A stretch of DNA of 64,000 bases from Paraspadella gotoi (taxonomy: Eukaryota; Animalia; Chaetognatha), in the NCBI GenBank assembly GCA_051294375.1, contig CM119267.1, positions 13,525,081 to 13,589,080 of the forward strand, read 5' to 3'. Below the pieces are notes generated by a model, which was given only the letters and a program-made list of their open reading frames with translations, searched no databases and was not told the origin of the DNA. Position numbers and translations under genes: made by a program. This document shows, piece by piece, positions 11,639 to 21,873 of the stretch. Numbering within the stretch: position 1 is the first letter of the stretch; the number at the start of each line of letters is the position of its first letter.

Positions 11639-13826
11639 GCATAATTTATTATAATTAGATGTTCTGACATGATATAAGTGAATGCCCGACAAGATTGGGG
11701 GTAGAGTGTAGTGAAAGTTAGGTACAAAAATTCTATAAGTCAATTTTGAACAACATACCATCAGTGAACATTAATTTGCAAAAAAAATTAATTTTATGTT
11801 TTTTAATTTTCCCAGTAGGCTATATTTATATATAGTACTATCCTTATAAAATCGAAAAATTTCAAAATAGGCTTTTCTTAATTTTGATTACAGATTTGAA
11901 TTCCTCGTCAATAGTTAAAAGAAAATATAAATCATTTTTAAAAATTCTTTTATTATCAAGTGGGTTAAAAATTAAAAAAACTATATTTATTATATAAAAA
12001 GCTTTAATATATAAAAAGCTTAGCTTTTTCTGATTTTTGACCCACTTAATGAAAATTTTTTTAAAAAAGAGTTATATTTCTTTCTATCAACTTTATATGA
12101 CGAATCCAAATCTGCAAAAAAATCTAAGAAAAAACTATTTAAAAATTTTAACATTTTATTTAAATTTTTTATATATATAAAGGTTCATTAGTATAATGTT
12201 GTTCGTTCCTCACTTTTAGAATTTGAAAATAAAGTTAAATATAGAAATTTTACTACGCCTCATTGGGGGGGCGGACCGACGGACCGACAAAGTGAATAAT
12301 AAAGCCGGAATCTGGTAAAAAAAAATGACCGAAATCAAGCTTTTGATTTTTACAAAAGTTTTGTAACTCCAAATCTATATCAATAATACATTTAAACATT
12401 CCGATCAACCTAAAATTCATTTTAGTGTTTGTCTAGTCTGAACTGAAGACAGGGATGAATTCGTCTCGGGAAAAAGAAAAAGCCGTTATCGGTGATGATG
12501 CCAGTGAAGCAGTTGTTCTTGGTCTTTATCGAAGGAAAGGGTTCTCGTCCAACAACTTCATGTTAGTTCCAGAGGTTAGCGATATTTGACGTCATCAAGA
12601 CCCATCTTTTACTCATGATATCAGGAATCAGTATGTCGTGTTCTTTCACTTCATCTTGGGAGCTTATTATTAAGTTTACATTTGTATGGATTCTCGGGGG
12701 CGTTTTAGGACGGACTTGTTTTTGTAATAGGATTTTAACTTTTGGAAGGTAAAAATCAAAGGTTCCGAAAAGTAGGCTATGTCAGAAAAGACAAATAAGA
12801 AATATAATCATTAAAAATAATTGATTAAGCAATCACGGAGACAGAGGAAGCGTCGTCTGACTTCAAGTGACCAATGACAAGATATGGCTGAGTTAATATC
12901 ATTACTAATCAAATATAAAAAAAAATTCTAAAAAATAACTTCTCGCATTTACTGAAAGGTAGATTGCAGATTTGTAATTCAAGTTCACGGTGTTGCGCCG
13001 CAGTGAATCTCTTAGTTATACGCATCGCGAGACTACTGACTCAACTATTATCTTTATAGCATCTTTATAGAAACAAGCCGCATTGACTGATCCTGTGATC
13101 ACATGTTAATATTAATTAGTGACATGAATACACGAGCTTCACGTCTCTGCAAAGAATTTTAACTAAAATGACTGTGTTTTATGAATTATGACGGAGTTTA
13201 CTTTCAGGTAATGTGTGAACATATTTTTAGAAGAACAAGTGACTGCACAAATATAAAACATATGAACATGGTAAATTCCCTTACGAACGAATATTAAGAA
13301 ATAAGATGCACTTTTACCCGAGATACATAAATTTAGTACAATTGTAACAATATTCTTAAAAACATTATGTATACACCTTCATTGAAAGGAAGGTAGTCTG
13401 GGAGGTAATAAACTATATCCCAAAGTCAGGGGCAAGAAAGCTCACTTATAGCATGTAATACTTATAGTAATAGTAATACTTATAGAATGAATGGAAAATT
13501 TTATATTGGTTGCACCAATTAAATAAAAAACGTAAGTGGGACAGATACGGGAATCGAAAAGTGATGGTAAAATTATACTTTCGCCGACTAGGATTTTGCC
13601 AAAATCCCAATATCTTTTTAAAAAATAATATACCAAAATTTATTATTTAAAAAAAAATATTACCCAACTACTCTAACCCTAAAAAACTTCTAATCTTAAC
13701 CACCCATAACCTCAAACCAGTTTTAAACCACCCCTAACCTTAAAACGAGAGATTCCTTAACGGTTAACCGTTAAAATTCAACCGTTAAAAACTTTAAAAA
13801 TTTATTTTAACTTAACCGTTAATTTT

Positions 13827-15662
13827 TAGTCGGATCTGCTTCTAGCAGATTCCAACTCTTAATTCACTTTGTCGGTCCATCGGTCCCACCCCAAAATCTT
13901 TTCGGAAAATAATTTTTATCATATGATCGAATCACGATAAATTATACAAAAAAAAATTAGGTCCGTCCATCCGTCTGAAGGTCCGGATTAATTAATTAAT
14001 CCGGTCTAATTACTCGTGATTGGATGGAAGGATGGATTGGAATGAAATTTTGTGTATGGGGAGGAACAGGGATGCTGGAGGCGCTGAATTTCGCCCGCCT
14101 CCACTTCCCGCCTCCCCAGACCCCCTCGCCTTCAGTTTTGCGTTCGCCTCTCATTTTTTTAGCCCGGATCGCCTCCGCGTTCGCCTCTTTAACGCCTCTG
14201 GCTTTTTGTTAAAAAATGTATAGTTTTGCATTTGATATTTTTTTAAAATTCAGATCAATGGGTCATGAAAAAACTTTCAATTTGTTATGTTTAAAATTGA
14301 TAAATAAATAAATAAGTTTTTTATTTTTAAATGTATATGTTTTAACTTTTTTCAAATCTTTCAAAAAAATAATGGAAGTTAAAAAAAATTATGCAAGTTT
14401 CAAAAATAATACAAATTAAAAAGATAATACAAGTTAAAAAATGAAATGAATTAAAAAATAATGCAAATTAAAAAAAATAATGCAAATCAAAAAAATTATG
14501 CAAGTTTAAAAATAAAGCTAGTTTTAAAAATGATGCCAGTTAAAAAAATGATGCCAGTTAAAATAATAATGCAAATCAAAAAAGGTGCAAGTTTAAAAAA
14601 TGATGCAAGATAAAAAAATTACTCGATTAATAAAATGAATAAAATTAATAAAATTAATAAATAAATAAAATAGAATAAAATTATGAATAAATTATTTAAT
14701 TCAATATACATAGGAATAAATGAACTAATTATCTTTTGTTTAAAATTAAAAAAAAAATTGAGTGAATGAATGTATTAAAAGAAAAGGATATAAAAATATA
14801 TGCTTATGTACAACTTATTAGATAAAATAAATATAAACAAAACTAGAATTTTTTTTTGAATAAAAAATATGTTAATAAAAAACCAATGGCAGCTGATAAA
14901 TGCTTCAGAATTTAGCAATATCTAAATTTGAAAAGAAAAAAAAAATTTGGAACATTAGAAAGGTTATAATTTGGCAAAAACCTTTTGATTTTCGCTTATA
15001 AAAACAAAAGCACAAGAGGCGAACGCGCAACGTTTTTTGCGATTAAGCTGGATAAAAATTTTTGATGGAATCATAGGAGTGGAAATGAGTTTGAATTAGA
15101 AAACCAAAGGACACATTTATTTGTATTTTTAAAAGTCTCCCTCTCTCTATCTCTCTCTAATTGATTGATTGATTGACTAAATTAATCCAAATTATGCCAG
15201 TCGACCAAATTATGCCAGTCGACCAAATTATGCCAGTCGACCAAATTATGCCAGTCGACCAAATTATGCCAGTCGACCAAATTATGCCAGTCGACCAAAT
15301 TATGCCAGTCGACCAAATTATGCCAGTCGACCAAATTATGCCAGTCAACCAAATTATGCCAGTCAACCAAATTATGCAAAATTACCAAATAATATGGTAA
15401 TATGTATAATATGCAAGTTGACTAAATTATGCAAGATGGTATTGATGCAGCTAATGTAATGGTAATGATTGATAGATCAATTGATTTATAGAGATTTTTC
15501 ATGGATTTATTAAGAAGTCTGTTATTTGTTATGTTACAATTTGTTAGGATCTGTTAAGATCACAAATTGAAAGTCAGAAAATATTAACGTGATTTATCAT
15601 TGGATTCGCTTATTACCGCTTAATTATCGTAGGCAGATCTGACATTGTTTGCTCAAACTTGT
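13827..15662 (+). mobile_element. Non-autonomous Helentron/DINE-1-like (HINE) element, family H1
   Basis: 5' subTIR GTCGGATCTGC with adjacent inverted copy, GTCS microsatellite, central tandem repeats, 3' subTIR GCAGATCTGAC followed by a GTTTG-CT-CAAAC stem-loop. It sits in a T-run without TSD; an empty-site paralogue is at 18525-18573. Confidence 0.75.
15187..15378. repeat. 18-bp tandem array (CCAAATTATGCCAGTCGA) x8 perfect plus 2 variants, inside the HINE
   Basis: Direct reading; explains the spurious QIMPVD, TGIIWS and LVDWHN ORFs. Confidence 0.95.
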
Positions 15663-16219
15663 TTTATTTTAATGGTTAAATTCGGTTAAATTTTATTTTT
15701 TTCTACATTTGATATTTTGGTAAAGAATATTTTGTTTTCTTTAACTTATGAAATTGGTACAACCAATATAAAAATTATCCATTCATTTAATAAATAAGCT
15801 ATCTTGTCCCTGACTTTGGACAGGCTTTGGTGGTTTAAGGCCTCCATCACACTTACAAGATAATAACATAGCAGGATTCTGCAAGCTTTCAATCAAGACT
15901 CTCTCACAGTCTTATTTATTCACTCCCAGTGAACCTGGCTTCCCTATCAATGAAGTGGTATAATATTTCAAAGAATGTTTCAATTGTATGAAAAGACCAC
16001 TCTCTTAAGTATTAGATCGGGGAATACTATATTGTACTCCGCACTAGCATCAAAATACAAGGAGCTGAATTTTATGAAATTGGTACAACCAATATATGTT
16101 TTTAAATATATTTTTTTTAAAACAAAGTATATTATAAATTATGTCAAAACATAATCATAAAAAACTTACTATATATGTATAATTTGTATATGAAGGCCTA
16201 TGTTAAGTATGTCAGTCCC

Positions 16220-16765
16220 TTAGGGTTAAGGTTGAGTTGGGTTAGGGTTGAGTTGGTAGTAGTTAGGGTTAGGGTTGAGTAGTTTAGGGTTAGGGTTGAG
16301 TAGTTTAGGGTTAGGGTTGAGTAGTTCAGGGTTAGGGTTGAATAGTTTAGGATTGAGTTAAGTTCATTTTAGGGTTAATGTAATGTCAATTTTAGGGTTA
16401 GGGATGGTGTTTTTGATGAAGCCAGTTAGGGTTGAGGCACGGAGATGTACGGGAGGCCCGGGCCTGGGTTAGTGTTAGGGGAGAAGCACGAAGTTGAACC
16501 CAAAGCCCGGTTTAGGGTTGTGGGAGGGGCCGTGGTTGACACATCGAAGGCGGTTAGGATTGGGGTTGAGGCACGGAGATGTACGGGAGGTCCGGGCCTG
16601 GGTTAGGGGAGAGGCACGGAGTAGAACAGGAGACCCGGTTTAGGGTTAGGGTTGGGAGAGGGGCCTGTGGGTGATGTATCGAAGGCGGGTAGGGTTATGG
16701 TTGAATGGGAGGCCCGGGTTAGGGTTAGGGATGTGGGAGGGGCTCGTGGTTGACGTGTCGAAGGC
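16220..16765 (+). repeat. Interstitial TTAGGG-derived array followed by ~130-bp GC-rich units punctuated by TTAGGG
   Basis: (TTTAGGGTTAGGGTTGAGTAG)n at 16260-16350. GGGTTGAGGCACGGAGATGTACGGGAGG.CCGGGCCTGGGTTAG at ~16429 and ~16563; a third partial unit at ~16705. Confidence 0.85.
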
Positions 16766-17064
16766 TACATCACCCATATAACCTATCAATTTGTCATGAT
16801 ATAGATTTTTTAATTAGAAAAGTCCTAAAAATTGTTTTGGTGCTCTTATAAAATATATGACAACATACTAAATATGAAATTGGTACAACCAATATATATT
16901 ACAGTACAAAAACGAGGAAGAATCTTGATTCTTTGAAATTCTTTGAACTAAACTTCAACTAGACATGCGCTACCCTTTATAGTTTCTAACTTTTATGCCA
17001 CCAATGGCCGACCTGCTACAAAACAGTAAGCCCTGGACTGTGCGACTCATAAAAAAAAAATCTA

Positions 17065-17650
17065 AATGTCAGACGTTACCATAAAAAAAAAAAGTCCGAA
17101 AAAAATCCGAAAAAAATATGAATGAATGATGCGATAATGAATTATTTATGTAATAGTAATTGATTGATTGATGTAATAGTAATTGATTGATGTAATATTA
17201 ATTGATATAATAGTAATTGATTTATTGATGTAATAATAATTGATTGATGTAATAGTAATTGATTGATTGATGTAAGTAATTTATTGATGCGATGATAACC
17301 AAATATTAATACGATGATAACCAGATGATAGATGCGATGATAGTCATTCATTGATGCGATGATAGTAATTCATCGTAAATAAAACATGCGTGTATGAGTG
17401 AAAGAGAAAGAAAAATAAAAAAAAAAGAAAGAAGCTGGACAGCCGCTGCAGAGCTAAATTCGTTTTTAGACGAATCAGAAGAAGCAGCGACGGAAAAAAA
17501 GAGAAAGAGAGCGACACATAATTAAAAGAGAGAGATTTTTATTACAATTTGCGATGGTAAAGAAGTATGCCAACGACGACGGTCACAAAGAAGCAGAGCC
17601 GATCCTTAATCTCGCCCAATTCGGGCTTTAGCCCGTCTGGCGAGATAATT
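17065..17650. mobile_element. Family E, HINE-like repeat with subTIR ATCTCGCCAGACG/CGTCTGGCGAGAT and TGAT-rich, GA and CAG internal repeats; pieces at 8520-8893, 9205-10400, 25190-25625, 26150-26590, 49490-50110, 51838-51995, 63740-63830
   Basis: Shared GCAGAGCT.AACTCGTTTTTAGACGAATCAG and GATGATAAGAAGCT.TAT blocks; terminal hairpin TCTCGCC..GGCGAGA. Confidence 0.55.
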
Positions 17651-18961
17651 ACAATAGACAAAATCATAAAACTTGAAAAACCAATAAAACTTTGTCTTGC
17701 TCCAAGGGGAAAACACTATGATTTTACAATAGGATGATGGACCATTGATGGTACTAAAAAAAATTTTCATGACTTGTGATTGTTTTGCAACCTTAATGAA
17801 AATTGTATTTAAATTGGTTACTGATCTATTAAAATTCTTTTGCGGTCGGTATTCGTGGATCTCCTACATGGTGACAATTGTAAAACCGCTACTAAAAAAC
17901 GCTGCCATTTGCAAACCAGTAGCTATTTCATGATTTTAAAAGTTAATTTAGTATAAAATACTAAAATCATATTGATCAGTTAAGATATGCCTTGATAATG
18001 AGTGGAGAAAGTTGGCTTTGAAAATGGGCTTTCATCTTCCAACTCAAATTTAATTTTTTTTAAACTTTATTTTTTTTTTAATTAAATAAAATATTATCAA
18101 TATTAATATCTTCTGAAAGCACTAAAAAATGTGAAGAGAATGATATACTTACGAAAGCCCTAATGTAAAAATTAAAATTTAACCTGCCTAGCCTCTGTTC
18201 AATGAAAAGAGTTAAAATGGAATTATCTAAAATTTTAAATCTGTTTTTTAAAATATATAAACTATTTAAATTATTATAATCTGAAATATCATTATTTGTA
18301 TGGGTATCATAAAAAAGCCTGAAAAAAGTGATTTAATGAAAGTAATCAGAATTAAATAATAATCTTATATTTTCCCTCCAGCCATTTATTTTTTTTAAAT
18401 TAATATAAAAATAGTGAGTTTAAAAATGAGAGACGGTTTAAAAATCTATCTTCCTGCTGTCTATCATTGCTAATAGAGTTCTGATAACCGTTAAAAGTTA
18501 ACGGTTATTAACGGTTAATTATAATTTTAACTTAAACGTTAATATATTTATTTTAACGGTTAAATTCGGTTAATTTTCAAATACGATTTTTGTTATTATT
18601 TGTTAGGAAATCTTTAATTTTTTAAAAGAAAAGCTTTTTTTTTCGTCCTCTCTTATTCTCATCTCCCTTTCTCACCATATTTTCCCCCCTCTCTCTCTTC
18701 TCCATTTTTTCCATTTTTTTCCCCCTTTTTCATTATCAACCCCAATCTTTTTTCTATCCTAATCTCTTTTATTCTTTATTCCCCTAACTTTATACCCTTC
18801 TGTTTCTTTCTCTCTTTTCCCCTCCTTCTTTCCCCCCTTTCTTTTCTCTCCTTTTTTTCTGCCCTTCCAGTATTTTTTTTACTTTCTCCCATTATTATGC
18901 ATTTGCATCTTAGAGATAAAGTTTGAAATATTTGGCAATAACGATTTATTTTCAAGATAAA

Positions 18962-19003
18962 AACGTACATGTTTCGGCTTTTTTACAAGCCTTCTTCAGC
19001 GTC
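18962..19003 (-). ncRNA. Minimal type I hammerhead ribozyme (CUGAAGA core)
   Basis: Minus strand GACG-CTGAAGA-A-GGCTT-gtaaaa-AAGCC-GAAAC-ATGTA-CGTT; stem I GACG/CGTT pairs; GUA site. Confidence 0.75.
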
Positions 19004-20429
19004 AATTTAGAAGGAGAAAGAGAGAGGGAGAGAGAGAGAGTGGGAAACATAGAGAGAGCAAAGTTTCTCTGTTTCTCTCTCTCTCTCTCCATCTTCTACA
19101 CAAAATCTCTCTAATAATTTCACAAACTAAATTGACGCTGAAGAAGGCCAATTATTTAAAACTCTCTCTAATCTCTGATCACAACGAACGAAAGAATTAC
19201 ATAACAATGCATTTACATCAAATAATATTTTGAAATATAATATATATGCAAATACATACTTTTTCTTACAAATTAAATCTTACATGAAAAACTTTTTATT
19301 CTATTTTGTTGTTAACAAAATAAATAATTCTTCGTTTTCTCTCTTTTTCTTTCCCTCTTTAGAACGAACAAAGAAGCAAATGAAATAAAACCAAATGAAT
19401 GAAAAAAATTAATAAAAAAAATTATTATAAAAAATTTAAGAATTAATAATAGAAGGAGGGAATCTTTAAAAAGACATTAAGGCTAACTAAAAATATCCTT
19501 CAATGATGATATACTTTTTAATAAAACGAAAAAAAATATTTATTAATATTAAATATATTATATATTATATTATTATAATATTATATAATATTAAATATTT
19601 ATTAATATTTATTTATTTATATTTATTTTGATCAATAGCTCAATCAATAAACCATTCAATCAATAAACTAATATTCATATTTTTTATTTATAATTATGGT
19701 CATGGTTTATGAAAGACTAACAACTAGAAAAATAATGAGGAAGAGAAATAGAGAACGAGAAAGCGAAAGAGAGAAAAAGAAAACGAGAAAACTTAATATA
19801 AAATTAGAATTAAATTGTACTTTTTCTTTCTTTGACTTTTTTTATGAATACCAATATATAAACCAATATAAAAATTATCCATTCATTTAATAAATAAGCT
19901 ATCTTGCCCCTGACTTTGGACAGGCTTTGGTGGTTTAAGGCCTCCATCACTCTTACAAGATAATGACATAGCAGGTCCCTGCAAGCTTTTAATCAAGACT
20001 CTCTCACAGTCTCGTTTATTCACTCCCAGAGTACCTGGCTTCCCTAACAATGAAGTGGTATAATATTTCAAAGAATGTTTCAATTGTATATTTGTATTTG
20101 TAATCAATTTGTATATTTGTATTATGCTTAAGGCAATAGAAAAAACTCGTATGTAAGATTAGCTGATAAGCTCAATTATCATGGGTAATTTCAAACCAAT
20201 TTTTCTTTTACTAACTATAATGTGTTTGTTTTAAATATTAGTATTTTAAATTTAAAGTTGAATTATAACATCAATCGATTTTAAATGTTAACCGTTAAAA
20301 ATGTTAGTTTTAACGGTTAAGCGAATTTTCTGAAAAATTAACGGTTAACGAAACTAATTGCTGAGGCATATCAAGTCGATTCCTCTTTAATTTGCACATA
20401 TAAATAATATTGGTTTTTAATTTAAAATT

Positions 20430-20673
20430 TATGGCAACAGCCGGGTTGCCTGTGATGCCCATTGGGATGGGGCATCTCACTGTTGGCTTTGGGGGCTTCC
20501 GAAGCTCAGTGACGCCTCCAGTCACTGGCGCGGTTACCCAAGGACGGTCTCACTTTGCCAACGCAGAGGGAAGTCGTTAGGACTGTGGATGGAACACTAC
20601 GCCTGGGATGGTGTGTTCCCCCTCTGAGCCAATTGATTTGGCTGAAGGATGGTGGACGTGAATATACCGCCAC
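20430..20673. mobile_element. ~245-bp GC-rich structured repeat family B; inverted copy at 47953-48199
   Basis: Two clearly homologous copies starting TATGGCAACAGCCGGGTTGCC, with several consecutive hairpins. Confidence 0.8.
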
Positions 20674-21111
20674 AAATTTATATTTAACAAAAAATTCTTT
20701 ACAGGTTTGCAAATGACAGCCTTTTTTTAGCGGCGGGTTTAGAATTGTCACAATGTAGTATTTCCACTCTCCCAATCCTGGCTGAAACCGCGATAAACCC
20801 AATTCGAAAAAGCGTTAAAAATTAAAAATTCGAATAAGGTTAACCCATGCATTGTTCAATTTTTACAGATAGTCCCGATTCGCCGAGGGATGAGCCCATC
20901 AAATCGAAATGTTCGATCTTTTCCGAATTGATTCTCGTTACAGCACGCGCCAACGCCCCAGAAATGACATTTCCGGGACCCATCGAGAAGCTCATTGCCC
21001 TTGACTCCGTTGTTTGTTCGCTTTTATCGTCACTCGTGACCCGGAATCCTAAATTTGAAGGCAGATCGGAATCCCAACATGTTAGAAAAGAGCAAGTTTC
21101 ATATGCCTTGA

Positions 21112-21744
21112 CTAGGTGACTAGGTGACTACGCTGATTTTCGTCAAGAGAGTCGTCAACGCTTCGAGACCCGATAGATTTACCTTCGTCAAATGATTGTA
21201 AACCAAACATTTTAACGCGACGATCTTCGTTACGGCGATTGGACAACCAAACTGAAACAACCGCTCGGGGTAGAGCCAGGGCTTCAGAAACGATAGTGGT
21301 CTCAATTCCGGACAAACGATGAAACTTACGAAACACTTTTTCGAGCGTAATCTTTTGCGATGTCGTCAGCGTCACTCTCCTTTTTCTCTTTCGCCGCAAG
21401 CACTCGAACACGGGAACTCTCGATTCGTATTTAGTAGGGTCCCAGCTAGCGTCATCCCAGCCTTCTGTCTCGACCGTTTGCAAAAAATTTTCAAACACTG
21501 TTTTCAACTTACACATATTGGGAAAGCTGAGTGATAGTCCTTCGAATCGTGATACAGTCGTTTGTGAAAATTCCGCGCCATAAATAGTTTCCATCAGTTT
21601 GCCAATTTCTTTTTGGGAAAATCCGAGATGAAGCCTTTTGGTTTTGAAACATTTGGTAAACGCCTCCAACTCCTCCAAGCTGCAAATGGGTTTATTCAGG
21701 ACTTCTTTTCTATTGATATCCCTTTCACCCAAGCCGGACATCAT
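21112..21744 (-). CDS. Divergent POU-domain homeobox transcription factor (POU-specific domain plus POU homeodomain, closest by eye to class II/Oct1-like); frame would extend to 20840 without an 8-bp duplication
   Basis: LEELEAFTKCFKTKRLHLGFSQKEIGKLMETIYGAEFSQTTVSRFEGLSLSFPNMCKLK is the POU-specific domain. RKRKRRVTLTTSQKITLEKVF...VVSVWLSNRRNEDRR is the POU homeodomain. No intron across the two domains. Confidence 0.93.
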   Translation of the reverse strand: MMSGLGERDINRKEVLNKPICSLEELEAFTKCFKTKRLHLGFSQKEIGKLMETIYGAEFSQTTVSRFEGLSLSFPNMCKLKTVFENFLQTVETEGWDDASWDPTKYESRVPVFECLRRKRKRRVTLTTSQKITLEKVFRKFHRLSGIETTIVSEALALPRAVVSVWLSNRRNEDRRVKMFGLQSFDEGKSIGSRSVDDSLDENQRSHLVT

Positions 21745-21873
21745 AAAAAATAAAAACTATAAAAATCAGAAAAAAGGATGTAAAATAATTTAAATAACGC
21801 TTGGTATAGAAATGAGTTTCATTCCGCGATGGAATGAAAAACCTTGAAAAATCATTCATAAATCAACCACTAG

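Larger units (their letters stand above)
10827..12315 (-). mobile_element. HINE family H1 copy with nested insertions; the 5' end of another copy abuts at 10761-10803
   Basis: AAGTTTGAGCAAAC..CCGGATTTGCC terminus and GGACCGACGGACCGACAAAGTGAAT block. Confidence 0.65.
17865..20757. mobile_element. TIR element (family G) inflated by nested insertions; shorter ~820-bp copy at 35848-36669
   Basis: TACATGGTGACAATT..CCGCT..AAAAAACGCTGCCATTTGCAAACC versus GGTTTGCAAATGACAGC..TTTTTTAGCGG..AATTGTCACAATGTA. The same TIR pair and interior flank 35848-36669. Confidence 0.6.

Noticed and set aside
12437-12776. GC-richer exon-like patch
   Set aside because: Plausible short frames on both strands with no motif; cannot assign strand or product.
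15157-15400. Repetitive ORFs (QIMPVD)n, (TGIIWS)n and a CRISPR-like appearance
   Set aside because: Contiguous 18-bp tandem repeat with no spacers and no cas genes, lying inside a HINE.
20505-20545. HDV-like ribozyme in family B (GCC-TCC..-GGC)
   Set aside because: Could not find matching P1, P1.1 and P2 pairings by eye.
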